Positions 1 through 14,100 of a stretch of 64,000 nt of DNA are shown here, piece after piece. This stretch comes from Octopus bimaculoides (taxonomy: Eukaryota), in assembly GCF_001194135.2 (NCBI RefSeq), contig NC_068995.1, positions 5,005,352 to 5,069,351 on the forward strand, read 5' to 3'. The notes beneath the pieces were generated by a model, which did no database searches, was not told where the DNA came from, and was given only the letters and a program-made list of their open reading frames with translations. Position numbers and translations under genes: made by a program. Each line of letters begins with the position of its first letter. The stretch's first letter is position 1.

Positions 1-1469
1 TCCATTCAGTGTCAAATGTCATGCTTGTTTATTCACAAAGTTTTGAATTAATCGTGCATTATCTTGTAGTTTTGAAATTTTGATGATCTGATTGTGTATT
101 TTTAAACTGACTTTCCAAGATAGACATGAGAAACCAGATCTGGCCGGTTTGAACACAAAAACTGGAAACATATTTGGGCCAGATTCGGGTAATTTAAATG
201 CTAAAAAAAACCCCACTAGTATTGTAGGGCAGGTATAAGAGGCCAGATCCATCTGTCTGAATATGAAACAAAATATTTTGGCTGTATATGACCAGTTTAA
301 GCCTTTAGGTGGTGGTGGTGGTGTTAATAAATGAATGAAAGAATGTTCTACAAATAACTTTTTGAACAGGAATTTCCTCTCCTCCCCACCACATTCCATT
401 GAGCCAACAAGGGAGCCTCAGCCTAGTCTCTCAAAATGCTGGAAATAGCAGCCAAATCTCCATCAAATCCCATCTCTGCATTGTCTTAGAAAAGGACACG
501 TCAGATCACTTGGACATGGTTTACTTCTCCCTGTCTAGGAAAAGAAAATGATGAGATGATCACATTTGGAATGTCTTTGATAGTAAATCTAAATAACAGC
601 CACCAAATTCCATTCTCTGTCTCCCCCCCCCCTTCTCTTTCCTCCCCCCTTCTCTTTCCTCTCCCTTCTCCCTCTCTCCCCCTCCATCCATTAACTATAT
701 CAATGAAGAACATTTGCCACCTTATTCACTGATTATTCCCTTTGTCATTTAGACTTATTAATTATTCACAGTAAATGAGGAGGGATTAGACACCAGGGAA
801 GAATCCTTTTGGTGTTAAGTGCTGTCCCTTCATGTTCTGAGAGACGAAATCATATTGGAGCTAGCATTACCTTTAATCCTTCCAGAGTTGAATAGATTAA
901 ATACCAGCAACGTGTGCTACAGATGTGCGACATAGACAATTAATGTTAATTTAATCTGTACACTAGATTGCTCTCACCATCATGGGAGCAAGGAAGGCCT
1001 TTATATATGTATATGTCTGTCTGTAGGTGCAGGCATGGCTATATGATAAGAAGCTTGCTTCCCAACCACATGGTTCTGGGTTCAATCCCACTGCATGGCA
1101 CCTTGGGCAAGTGTCTTCTACACACGCATATATATATATTTTCCTACATATTTGTATTGTCTTTCGTGCGTATGTATTAAATCTAATTTTGATTCAACTC
1201 CTTTTTTTTTACCTCCATTTTTTTTAATACTATAATGAAATTTTAAAACTGTNNNNNNNNNNNNNNNNNNNNNNNNNNNNNNNNNNNNNNNNNNNNNNNN
1301 NNNNNNNNNNNNNNNNNNNNNNNNNNNNNNNNNNNNNNNNNNNNNNNNNNNNNNNNNNNNNNNNNNNNNNNNNNNNNNNNNNNNNNNNNNNNNNNNNNNN
1401 NNNNNNNNNNNNNNNNNNNNNNNNNNNNNNNNNNNNNNNNNNNNNNNNNNNNNNNNNNNNNNNNNNNNN

Positions 1470-1508
<39 letters not shown>

Positions 1509-1755
1509 GTATGCATGTGTGTTTGTGTGTGTATATGTGTATATATCTATTCATGTGTCTGTGTTAGCTCACTGCCTTTATATATATATAGATATATATA
1601 AATGCACACACATATACAATGCGAGTGTGTGTGTGTATGTAATGTGCAAATATATTTACCTGGTTTCCCTGAGATGGTAATGCTGTTATCTTGATTTCAT
1701 TCTGCATTCTAAGTCTTTATTTCTCCTGGAAACCGTTTTTCTCGTTCTTTTCCAG

Positions 1756-1897
1756 AATTATCCATGAGAAGGGCTACACTCAAGAAGAATGTCTTCAGTA
1801 CAAGCCAGTTGTATACAGCAACATCATGCAATCCATGATGGCTATCATTCGAGCTATGGGCTTGCTGAAAATTAATTTTGGATCCTCGGAGGGAGAG
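1756..1897 (+). CDS. GNAI: G protein alpha-i subunit, first exon visible in window (vertebrate exon 3 equivalent); exons 1-2 not found and presumably upstream
   Basis: ttccag|A ATT ATC CAT...GGA GAG|gtgagt; encodes [47 protein letters not shown]; 142 bp, same as vertebrate GNAI exon 3. Confidence 0.96.
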
Positions 1898-2315
1898 GTG
1901 AGTTGCTTACATTAATCATCATCATCATCATCATGCATACACACACCCACACTCATTCACTGTGAAGGCACATGGCTTAGTGGTTAGAACATTGGGCTCA
2001 CAATCGTGAAGTAGTGAGTTCAATTCCCAGACTGGGCTGTGTGTTTTGTTCTTGAGCAAGACACTCTATTTCACGTTGCTCCAGTTCACTCAGCTGTAGA
2101 AATGAGTTGCAACGCCACTGGTGAGAAGCTGTATCGGCCTTGGATAACATCAGTGGTGTGGAGAGGGGAGGGGAGGCTGGTATGCATGGGTAGCTGCTGA
2201 TCTCCCATGCCCAGACAACCTTGTCCAGACTTGTGCCTTGGAGGGGAACTTTCTAGATGCAATCCCAAGATCATTCACAACTGAAGAGGGTCTCTACCCT
2301 TTACACACTCACACA

Positions 2316-2398
<83 letters not shown>

Positions 2399-2585
2399 NN
2401 NNNNNNNNNNNNNNNNNNNNNNNNNNNNNNNNNNNNNNNNNNNNNNNNNNNNNNNNNNNNNNNNNNNNNNNNNNNNNNNNNNNNNNNNNNNNNNNNNNNN
2501 NNNNNNNNNNNNNNNNNNNNNNNNNNNNNNNNNNNNNNNNNNNNNNNNNNNNNNNNNNNNNNNNNNNNNNNNNNNNNNNNNNNNN

Positions 2586-2649
<64 letters not shown>

Positions 2650-3399
2650 GATAGGGCTATGGTAGAAGACACTTGCCCAAGGTACACAGCCATACCTATG
2701 CCGATATGTATGTCTCCATAACATAGTTCTCTTGCTGAATTACTAAGTTACAAGGACATAAACAAACTAACACCAGTTGTCAAACATAGGTAGAAGGCAA
2801 GCACAAAGACATGCATAGACAGACAGACAAACAGACAGACAGATAGATAGCTAGATAGACAGACAGACAGGAAGGCAGATAGATAGATGTGATGGGCTTC
2901 TTTCAGTTTCCATCTACCAAATCTCCAAATCACAAGCCTTTGGTTGGTCTGGGGCTACAGGAGAAGACACTTGCCCAAGTTGCCAGATGGTGGGACCAAA
3001 ACCAAGACCAGATGGTTAGGAAACAAGCCTCTTATCACACGGCCATGCTTGTGAGCCATTGAAATGCCATTCAGACGAACATTATTAATAAATTTTAGTC
3101 TACTTAATGTTTAGAGTGCCACCATGTTTGTTTGTACAAGTTGATCAACAATACCAAAGAATACCTTTACATACAAACATACACATTGACACACATACAG
3201 GTATGTATGTGTATATATATTGGGAGAGAGAGAGAGAGAAAGAGAGAGAGAATGATTGAAATAAGGTCAGGTTTATATTTAAATCAATTAGGCAGAATAA
3301 TGGGAATCAAATGGAAATAAATTTGTTTCTCTTTGTGAGAAAGAGAGAGAGAGAGAAGTACAATTTTATTCTTTTGACTTTATACTGTATGTACACATA

Positions 3400-3473
<74 letters not shown>

Positions 3474-3480
3474 CTTTCTC

Positions 3481-3514
<34 letters not shown>

Positions 3515-3920
3515 AGGTGAGCACCAGCACAACACATTGTCCTCATTTAATGAAGTAAAAAAAAATGATATNNNNNNNNNNNNNNNNNNNNNNNNNNNNN
3601 NNNNNNNNNNNNNNNNNNNNNNNNNNNNNNNNNNNNNNNNNNNNNNNNNNNNNNNNNNNNNNNNNNNNNNNNNNNNNNNNNNNNNNNNNNNNNNNNNNNN
3701 NNNNNNNNNNNNNNNNNNNNNNNNNNNNNNNNNNNNNNNNNNNNNNNNNNNNNNNNNNNNNNNNNNNNNNNNNNNNNNNNNNNNNNNNNNNNNNNNNNNN
3801 NNNNNNNNNNNATATATACATATATGTATATATGTAGGTGTGTCTGTCTCGAAGAGTGTATATATCTTAGTGTGTGTCTACATTGAGTATGTGATTATAT
3901 TCAATGTGTGTGTGTATGTG

Positions 3921-3957
<37 letters not shown>

Positions 3958-4163
3958 ATATACATACATACACACCTGTGTTATAAGGACGTATGTGTAT
4001 ACATAGATAAATATATATATATGTGTATTTGTGTGTGTTATGAGGGTGTATGCGTGTCTGTCTGTCTGTCTGTATTTCCATGTTTCATGGATGTGTGTTT
4101 ACATGTGTGTGTTTGTCTGAGTAACTATGCCTTTATGCATGTAAGCAGCTGTTTGTGTAAAGG

Positions 4164-4203
<40 letters not shown>

Positions 4204-4627
4204 GTGTGTCTATTTATCATGGAAGTGTGTGATTGCCAAAGAAAATGTGATTATATCTTAGTGTGTGTGTATGTATACATATACACATAGCACTATCTTT
4301 GTCCCCACCGGCATCACCATGTAACATTCGCAATCCATTCCACCACAAACTATATTTTCACTTATTTCTTCATTATATTCTTAAAACACACTTTTTCACT
4401 ACACCTTCAGGAAGATATGGGAAGAAAAAAACGCTTACTCAGTGTGTGTGTGTGTGCGTGTGTATATCTCTCTGTGTGTGTTATGAACCAAATATTGTTC
4501 TAAATGTTGGAATTTCACAAAAATATTTTGAAATATTTTACTGTATTTTACAGAAATCAAAATATTTTGTTTTAGAAGAGTTATTTATGAATTAGCGAAA
4601 AATGGAAACTCCTAGCTGAAACATTAA

Positions 4628-4669
<42 letters not shown>

Positions 4670-4722
4670 TTTAAAAGAGTATAATGTATGTATACATGTA
4701 TGTTTGTATTTGTGTGTAGGTA

Positions 4723-4757
<35 letters not shown>

Positions 4758-6557
4758 CATTTTGCAAGTGCATTTGGCCAGTGATGGTCTTCCTCAGTCA
4801 CAAGTAGATAGACATCATATATACACACATACACACACACACCTACAAACACTCCCACACATTCTCATAAATTCATAATTGATAGAATGTGAGAGGAAAT
4901 GCCTTACCATACACACACACACCTATTTCTTGTTCATGTCTTTTTATGTTCAATGAACTTATAATTTTTTTTGCTAACTTTTCCGTTGTTTATTGTTACT
5001 ATTGTTGTTGACACCTGCCACACTGTCGTCATCATTATCATCATCATCACCATATTATGCCTGTCTTACCTTGCTTGTATAGGTTGAGCTGGGTTGTCAC
5101 CTGCTAAAATACCTGAGAGCTCTTTCTAATTTTCATTCAAAGCTGCTGGTTTTCAGCTGTTCATATCTTAATCAAGATCCTCCACCCTAATTAGTCTTCC
5201 ATCCTTGTGAGATTGATAGATACAGTACCAGTAAAATAGTGGGAGCTAAGTTCTTCTCTGCCTCTGTTCTTCTATCTCTCTCTCTCTCTCTCTCTGTCTC
5301 GGAACCAGTGATATTATACTATCAAGACAATCTTGTGGAACCCTTGCAAGATCTCTTTGTCTAGTAACATTGGTGTTTGAATTAGGTACAAGGCTAGAAA
5401 TTCGTGAAGGTTAAGGGAAGTAGTTGACCCCATTGTTCATCATCATCATCATCATCATTATTTAACATCCATTCTTCATATTGGCATGAGTTGGACAATC
5501 TGACATGTTGGGCTGGCATGTTGGAAGGCTACACCAGACTCCAGTCTGATTCGGCATGACTTTTTCTATGGCAGGATGTCCTTCCTAACACCAACCACTC
5601 CAAGAGTGTAATGGGTGCTTTTACGTACCACTGGCATGGGTGCCATTTGCGTGACACCAAAGCGCCTTTTCCTGCCACCGGCACAGGTGCCAATTTGTGT
5701 GACACCGGTATCTGCCACGACTGCAGTTTTATTTGACTTGGTGGCTCTTCCTTTCAAGCACTGTCGTGCATGAAATTTGTCACTACTTAATTGCGGCCTT
5801 ATTTTATGGGCTGTGGAGTAGTGTGGCTGAGTGGTTAAGAGTATTTGGCTCACGATCATAAGGTCATAAGTTCAATCCTTGGTGGTGTGTTGTGTCCTTG
5901 AGCAAGACACTTTATTTCCCATTGCTCCAGTCCACACAGCGGGCAAAAATGAGTCATACCTGTATTTCAAAAGGACCAGCCTTTTTCATATTCTGTGTCA
6001 TACTGAATCTTCTTGAGAACTACATTAAGGGAACACGTGTCTGTGGAGTACTCAGCCATCTGCATGTTAATTTCATGAGTAGGCTGTCCTTTGATAGGGA
6101 CAACTAGAACACTTGTCATTGAAATCAGCAGAGTGCCAGTTATTTTCTGTCTGCCAGAAGGATGAACAGGCAAAGTTAACCTCAGCTGAGTTTGAACTCA
6201 GAACATAAAGAACCGGACGAAATACCACAAGGTATTTAGTCTGACACTATTAACAATTCTCTCTGGAAGTGAAGAAAGGTTGTGTAAGAAACTAGCAAAA
6301 CCAACATACCACTAGAACCATTCAGGAATGGTCTGGTATGTGGTACAACACAGAATGGTAACACCAAATAAATTATGATAAAATTCATTATTTTCCTCAA
6401 TTATTCCAAATTCTCCATTATTTTCAAAATTAATTGAACCATGTGGATGTCATATTTAATTAGAAACATGTTAATTAATGGGTTAAATTTTTTTTTATAT
6501 ATATCTTAATTCAATCCAAATTTCATTGTTTTTCTTCTTTTCTTTTTTTTTTTCCAG

Positions 6558-6715
6558 AATGATGCCAAAACTCTCTTTGAAATTTCGCAAAATTCTGATG
6601 AATGTGACATGACTCCAGAATTATCTGCTCTCTACATGAGGCTGTGGAGTGACCCTGGAGTGATGTCTTGTGTCGCTCGATCTCGAGAGTACCAACTCAA
6701 CGATTCAGCTCAATA
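6558..6715 (+). CDS. GNAI: Galpha-i exon (helical domain)
   Basis: tttccag|AAT...CAA TA|gtaag; NDAKTLFEISQNSDECDMTPELSALYMRLWSDPGVMSCVARSREYQLNDSAQ(Y); 158 bp; missed by the ORF track. Confidence 0.95.
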
Positions 6716-7229
6716 GTAAGTTAGCACCTCTATTCTCTATCTATCTACCCTGCTTCACCCTTTGTTCACTTCATTTATAATTGTTTGTTTCATGTTTATT
6801 TTCTTACTTTTTCCTCCCCCAAATATTTTCCGTCAATTTTTCTGTTTGTTTTTCGATGGAAGCTTTTAGTTAAAATCACTGCAACTCTTTCGATACCAGC
6901 CATCACAAGTTCTATGATTGCCAACTTCCTGTTTTGAAATAATGTAACCCAAAACCTTCCATCAAAATTCCATGTTAATTTATCTGCCAAAACACCAGTT
7001 GAATAACGACAAAGTTATTTTCCTAAATTCCTCATTAGTTTCAAAATTATTTAAAACAAATTCAAGCGCAGGTGTGGCTGTGTGGTAAGTAGCTTGCATA
7101 CCAACCACATGGTTCCGGGTTCAGTCCCACTGCGTGGCACCTTGGGCAAGTGTCTTCTACTATAGCCTCAGGCCAACCAAAGCCTTGTGAGTGGATTTGG
7201 TAGACGGAAACTGAAAGAAGCCCGTCGTA

Positions 7230-7262
<33 letters not shown>

Positions 7263-8711
7263 NNNNNNNNNNNNNNNNNNNNNNNNNNNNNNNNNNNNNN
7301 NNNNNNNNNNNNNNNNNNNNNNNNNNNNNNNNNNNNNNNNNNNNNNNNNNNNNNNNNNNNNNNNNNNNNNNNNNNNNNNNNNNNNNNNNNNNNNNNNNNN
7401 NNNNNNNNNNNNNNNNNNNNNNNNNNNNNNNNNNNNNNNNNNNNNNNNNNNNNNNNNNNNNNNNNNNNNNNNNNNNNNNNNNNNNNNNNNNNNNNNNNNN
7501 NNNNNNNNNNNNNNNNNNNNNNNNNNNNNNNNNNNNNNNNNNNNNNNNNNNNNNNNNNNNNNNNNNNNNNNNNNNNNNNNNNNNNNNNNNNNNNNNNNNN
7601 NNNNNNNNNNNNNNNNNNNNNNNNNNNNNNNNNNNNNNNNNNNNNNNNNNNNNNNNNNNNNNNNNNNNNNNNNNNNNNNNNNNNNNNNNNNNNNNNNNNN
7701 NNNNNNNNNNNNNNNNNNNNNNNNNNNNNNNNNNNNNNNNNNNNNNNNNNNNNNNNNNNNNNNNNNNNNNNNNNNNNNNNNNNNNNNNNNNNNNNNNNNN
7801 NNNNNNNNNNNNNNNNNNNNNNNNNNNNNNNNNNNNNNNNNNNNNNNNNNNNNNNNNNNNNNNNNNNNNNNNNNNNNNNNNNNNNNNNNNNNNNNNNNNN
7901 NNNNNNNNNNNNNNNNNNNNNNNNNNNNNNNNNNNNNNNNNNNNNNNNNNNNNNNNNNNNNNNNNNNNNNNNNNNNNNNNNNNNNNNNNNNNNACACTGG
8001 AGCACCAGCAGCAACAGGTCATCACCACCTAGTTTACTAAGAACTTTTAGGTTTGGTTGGGTTTTTTTTGTTTTGTTTGGTTTTTGGGTTTCTGTTTTTT
8101 TTTTTGGGGTTTTTTTTTAATGAATTTAGGTTGAATGAGAAGTGGGACAGTGAGATGTGTCTGTTGCTAGTTGACATTTTGTGTACGTGTGTGTATATGC
8201 ATGAATATAAAATGTGTGTGTGTGTGTTTATGTGTAAAAGTAGCAGAGTTTATATGTATGGTGCAAAAAGTGTCTTTGAGGGAATATAACCACCACCACC
8301 ACCACCACCACTAGCTTCACAACTGTCATCATCATCATCATCATCATCATCACTTCTACAAATACCATCACTGCTGCCACCACCACCACCATTATCTCTA
8401 CCACCAACTCCCCTACCACTGTCTCAACCAGTGTCACAGAAAAAGTGATATTGCCATTGTGATGAAGGCATCGTATATTATAATATGGGAGCAGCTGAGA
8501 TTATATGGGTTCACAATAAGAAGAGAAGGATTTGGTAGAATTGTCGGAACAACAAAATCTTTTCAGGTTCTTTATTCAAATCCCACTTGGTATGTGCATA
8601 CGTTGTGAGTGTGTATGTATGTAGATAGATAGATAGATATGGATATATGTATAAAGAAATAAAAGGATAAAGAGACCAATGGCAAAGTTAGAATTATATT
8701 TTATGGATAAA

Positions 8712-8760
8712 GTCTTACAGCTGTTTCAGGGAAAATCCAATGTATCCCTTCATCAGAGAC
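8712..8760 (-). ncRNA. Minimal type I hammerhead ribozyme (Penelope-like-element type)
   Basis: Minus strand GUCU-CUGAUGA-AGGGA(12 nt)UCCCU-GAAA-C-AGCU-G-UA-AGAC: all core nucleotides, 4-bp stem I, 5-bp stem II, palindromic CAGCUG stem III, GUA cleavage triplet. Confidence 0.85.
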
Positions 8761-8904
8761 GGTAATAGTAGAAGAATGGATTATTACATCTATAAGAGGA
8801 GATTTGTAGTAAGAACCTTTATAGATATGGATATATATAAATATATATAAAATGTGTTTGTGTGTTAATACAAATATGGCTAATGTGAATTCCTCTCTTT
8901 GCAG

Positions 8905-9033
8905 CTACCTAAATGCCTTGGAGAGAATATCGCAACCAAATTATATACCAAATGTACAGGATGTTCTACGCACGCGAGTGAAGACAACTGGAATCGTAGA
9001 GACACATTTTACATTCAAGGAATTACGCTTTAA
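8905..9033 (+). CDS. GNAI: Galpha-i exon (switch I)
   Basis: tttgcag|C TAC...TTT AA|gtaagt; [42 protein letters not shown](K); 129 bp. Confidence 0.97.
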   Translation, partial: LPKCLGENIATKLYTKCTGCSTHASEDNWNRRDTFYIQGITL

Positions 9034-9106
9034 GTAAGTCTTGCTCTCTTTACAATCACCATTGTCATCCTCCTCCTCCTCCTCATCCTCCTCCTCTTCC
9101 TCATCC

Positions 9107-9141
<35 letters not shown>

Positions 9142-10504
9142 CTCTTCNNNNNNNNNNNNNNNNNNNNNNNNNNNNNNNNNNNNNNNNNNNNNNNNNNNNN
9201 NNNNNNNNNNNNNNNNNNNNNNNNNNNNNNNNNNNNNNNNNNNNNNNNNNNNNNNNNNNNNNNNNNNNNNNNNNNNNNNNNNNNNNNNNNNNNNNNNNNN
9301 NNNNNNNNNNNNNNNNNNNNNNNNNNNNNNNNNNNNNNNNNNNNNNNNNNNNNNNNNNNNNNNNNNNNNNNNNNNNNNNNNNNNNNNNNNNNNNNNNNNN
9401 NNNNNNNNNNNCCTCCTCCTCCTCCTCCTCCTCCTCCTCATCATCATCATCATCATCATCATTGTGAGCATCATAGTTGTAATCACTAAACCTGATAGAA
9501 TTAGGGGGTCAAATCTTTTCCCTGGATTAAACCCTAGTATCTTAAAAGAAGTGAACTTGTTCAATCATGTCGTCCCAGAAATGCTGTATGCAAAAAGGAA
9601 ATGGAAAGATGAGATAGCCATGGCTGGAACGCCTATGATCATTGGTCTGCTCAATCAGAGCTGACCACGGGCTAAATAATAATAGTCTTTATCTAAGACT
9701 GACATCACCAACGATACAGTCGTTATTCCTTCCTTCTCATAATTGCTTTGCAATTAGCTGTAGTCATTAGCTTTTAGCTTTTATCTTTCACTTGTTTCTG
9801 TCACTAGACTGTGGCCATGCTGGGGCACTGCCTTGAGTTTCAGTCAAACAAATCAATCCCAGTACTTATTTATTTATTTTTTTGTAAAACCTGGTATTTA
9901 TTCCGTCTGTATCTTTTGCTGAACCGCTAAGTTACGGGGATGAAAACACACCAACATCAGTTGTCAATTGATGGTGGAGGGACAAACACAGACACAAATG
10001 TGCACACACACACATCCACATATATATATATGTATATATGACAGGCTTCATTCAGTTTCCGTTTACCCAATCCACTCACAAGCATTTGGTTAGCTCAAAG
10101 CTATTGTAGAAGATACTCGCCCAAGGTGCCATATAGTGAGACTGAACCTGGAACCATGTGGTTGGGAAATGCAGTTACTATAATCACCAATGCCATTGTC
10201 TTTCAAACTTCAAAATATAACAGCCAAACCTCCCTCGTATTACACTCTTCTATCTTAAAAAAAGGGACACACCGGGAAATGTAGACTTAGATACACTGTG
10301 TCTTAGAAAAATACTGGATAGTCATGGGTGGAGCACTATCTTTGATCATACAGCTTAGAATATGTTCTTATTCATTCATTCTCTCAAAGCCATTCATTAA
10401 AACTCTCTCTTTCTCTCACTCTCTCTCTCTGTCTCGTCCCCTCTCACTTTTCTGTCTCATTCTCATATTCATCCCCCCCTCTCTCTCTCTCTGTCTATTT
10501 CTAG

Positions 10505-10634
10505 AATGTTTGATGTCGGAGGTCAACGATCTGAGAGGAAGAAATGGATTCACTGTTTTGAAGGTGTCACAGCTATAATATTCATTGTAGCCATGAGTGA
10601 ATACGACTTAATGTTAGCCGAGGACCAAGAAATG
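10505..10634 (+). CDS. GNAI: Galpha-i exon (G3 box, switch II)
   Basis: ttctag|A ATG...GAA ATG|gtgagt; [43 protein letters not shown]; 130 bp. Confidence 0.97.
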
Positions 10635-11039
10635 GTGAGTTTCTCTCAAAATGCTTTTATAACTCATACCTCTCTCTCTCTCTCACACACACACCATACC
10701 CATACCCATACACAAATAAGGCAGCAAAGTGGCAGAGATGTTAAACCATCAGGTAGAATACTTTACATGTTTATTCCAACTCTCTGCACTTTGAGTTCAA
10801 ATCCCGCCGGGGTCAACTTTTTTATTCAGCCCAGGTTGGAACCCGGCCATAATTATAATAATAATAATACACAAATGTCAATTCTATGAGGTGAAAGCAC
10901 ATAGCTTAGTAGCTGGGATAGTCAGTTCATAATCACGAGATCGTGAGTTCAATTCCTGGTGAGATGTTGTGTCCTTGAGCAAGACACTTTATTTCACATT
11001 GCTCTAGATCATTCAGCTGGCAAAAATGAGATCATCATC

Positions 11040-11350
11040 ATCATTGTTTAACATCTGTTTTCCATGCTGGCATGGGTTGGGCGGTTTGACTGAGGTCTGG
11101 AGAGCCAGCAGCTGCACCAGGCTCCAATCTGATCTGGCAGAGTTTCTACAGCTGGATGCCCTTCCCAACGCAAACCACTCTGAGAGTGTAGTGGGCGCTT
11201 TTTACATGCCACTGGCACACGAGCCAGTCAAACAGGCTTGGCATCGATCACGTTCAGATAGTGCTTTTTTTATGTGCCACCAACACGGGAGCCAGTCGGG
11301 GGCACTGGCTTTGATCACGTTCGGATGGTGCTTTCTACATGCCACCGGCA
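11040..11350 (-). mobile_element. SINE/LINE-tail family D with (CAT)n end
   Basis: TTTCCATGCTGGCATGGGTTGG...GGATGCCCTTCC...CAACCAC block recurs at about 5455, 41505, 56455, 57680, 58266, 63255. Confidence 0.7.
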
Positions 11351-11600
11351 CACCTGTAGTTCAAAACAGAACCAGCATTGTCACATTCTGTGTTACACCA
11401 AATTTCTTTGAGAACTACATTTAAAGGGTATGCATGTTTATGGAGTACTCAGCCACTTGTGTGTTAATTCCACAAGCAAGCTGTTCCATTGATTGAGTCA
11501 ACTACAACATCCATTACTCTAACTCAGAACGTAGCGACAGTCTCGTCCAGCATGCTATCAATTCTGCTAGCTCACCGCCTTGATAATAATAGTAATAATG

Positions 11601-11636
<36 letters not shown>

Positions 11637-12645
11637 GTAATAATAATAGTAAAGCAAGCTGGCAGAATTGTTGGCATGCCAGGTAAAATGCGTTATGGCA
11701 TTTCATTTGTCTATTCCACCAAGGTTGAGTTAGCCATTCATCCATTCAGAGTCAACAAAATAAGTACCAGTTAAACACTGGGGTTGATTTAATCTACTTA
11801 CCCCCACCTCCCCTCCCTAAAATTGCTGGTCTTGTGTCAAAATATGAAACCTTTATTAAAGCTTATAAATAAAAGTCAAATTTATCAAATGTTTGCAATT
11901 TAGTTCCTCGTTTCTGTTATAAAACTTGGTTGTTTCTTTTTTTTTCTCTTCTTTGTTTCTTTTTTTTTTTTTTGTTATCCGCTTTTGACTTCATTTCACT
12001 GAAGTATTGTAATTGGAAGTAATTAGGGGAAAAAATATGACAGGAATGTTGTGCTTCTCTTCACTTCTTCCTTCTCTATTTCATCCTGCTCAAACTTGGT
12101 CATATCATTAGAATTAAAATAAATAATGGGATGGGGTCATTAGCAAAATTATTTATCATTATCGGAATTGTTTTAGTATCCGCTTTACCATGCTTATATG
12201 GCACAGATGGCATTTGTTGAGGCAAATTTTCTACAGCTGGGTGCTTTTCCTGTCACCAACCCTCACCTGTTTCCAAGCAAAGTGATATTTCCCCTCAATG
12301 GCCAGACATGTTTTCATAGAAGACTGGATATAAACGACACAGTTTCTAACTGGGATATTCATTTGCAAACTCTTTTGCAACATCAAGACAAGGAGAGAGA
12401 GAGAGAGAGAGACTCACACACACACACTAGTGTTTGACAGTAATCTGAATGCTGAAGGGTTAAATGATGATGATGATGATGATGGTCTCTGGCAAAGAGA
12501 CCCAGAAACCAAAGCAACTTAATGTTATTTTAAACAACTAAATTTAAAATTTAAAATAAACTTTTGTTCATTTTTATTAACTGTTTGTTTTCCTTTTTTT
12601 TCTTTTTTTCTTTCTTTCTCTCCTTTTAAAAACTTGTTAACCCAG

Positions 12646-12799
12646 AACCGAATGATGGAAAGTATGAAATTATTTGACTCCATCTGCAACAATAAATGGT
12701 TCTTGGACACTTCCATTATGCTCTTCCTCAACAAGAAAGATTTATTCGAAGACAAAATCAAAAACTCTCCTCTCACAACTTGCTTCCCAGAGTACGAAG
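12646..12799 (+). CDS. GNAI: Galpha-i exon (G4 NKKD box)
   Basis: cccag|AAC...GAA G|gtaatt; [51 protein letters not shown]; 154 bp. Confidence 0.97.
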
Positions 12800-12849
12800 G
12801 TAATTGTTGTTGTTATTGTTGTTGTTGTTGTTGTTATGGTGGTGGTGGT

Positions 12850-13057
12850 GGTGAGCTGGCAGAGTTGTTACGACGCTGGACAAAATGCTTAGCAGCATTT
12901 CGTCTGGCTATATGATCTGAGTTCAAGTCCTGTCATGGTTGACTTTACTTTTCATCCTTTTGAGGTCATAGCAATAAGTACCAGTTACGTACTGGGGTGG
13001 ACATTATCAACTCACCCCCACTCCAAAATTTCAGGCCTTGTGCCTATACTAGAAAGG

Positions 13058-13101
<44 letters not shown>

Positions 13102-13297
13102 GGTGGTAAGTTGGCAGAATCGTTAGCGCATTGGATGCTTAGTGGTATTTTGCCCGATGCTATGTTCTGAGTTCAAATACTGCTGAGGTCGACTTTGCCT
13201 TTCATCCTTTTGAGGTTGATAAATTGTGTATTGGGGTCGATCTACTCAATTACCCTCTTCCCCCAAAATTTCAGGTCTTGTGCCTATAATAGAAAGG

Positions 13298-13335
<38 letters not shown>

Positions 13336-13560
13336 GGTGGAACAAGCTGGCAGAATTGTTAGCATGCTGGGCAAAATGCTTAGAGGTATTTCATCTGTCT
13401 TTACGTTCAGAGTTCAAATTCTGCCAAGGTCGACTTTGCCTTTCATCCTTTTGGGGTCGATAGATTAAGTACAAGTGAAACACTGGGGTCAGTGTGATCG
13501 ACTGTCCCCCTCCCCACAAAATCCAGGCCTTGTGCCTTTAGTAGAAAGGATTATTATTAT
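12850..13560 (+). mobile_element. Head-to-tail array of SINE family B (3-4 copies, (ATT)n tails) in the last Galpha-i coding intron
   Basis: Repeated GAGCTGGCAGAA...GAGTTCAAAT...CAGGCCTTGTGCC...AAAGGATTATTATT units. Confidence 0.8.
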
Positions 13561-14100
13561 TATATAAGTGCTCCATAAGGATAAAAAAATACTTTTTAGT
13601 AGGGTCTTTCTCCCCCCCCCCCAGCACCCCCATCCTTTGTGTTAAATGAAACCTTAACAAAAGGCTTGAGACTGAGACAATAAGCTGGGAGGGGGTAATC
13701 TCAACCTGTGAGTTTGTTGATTAGCTGCAAGTAGCTGTCCCTTTTTTGGGACATCTTCCACACCTTTTGTATGCTATTATACACCAGTGGTTTTCTACTG
13801 CAGCTTCCATGGATGCATGTGGCCCTCAAGCATCCCTCCAGTGGGCCCTGAGGGTCTTCCCTCTATAAATATAAACTTTTCTTGTAATTGACTTATATTT
13901 TACTGTTTTTAGTGCGAATCCCCTAAAAAGAAAAAAAAACTAGGTTTTGCATCTGACCCAGATTGAGAATTCCCTGTTTTATAAAGTCTCCCCATTTTTG
14001 TAATTAGTCCTGATAATGTTTCATTCACGTGTTACCCTTGTGGCAAATAAACAAATTGTTATTGTTGTTGTTACTGTTTTTCCCCTCCGTTTATTTCCAG

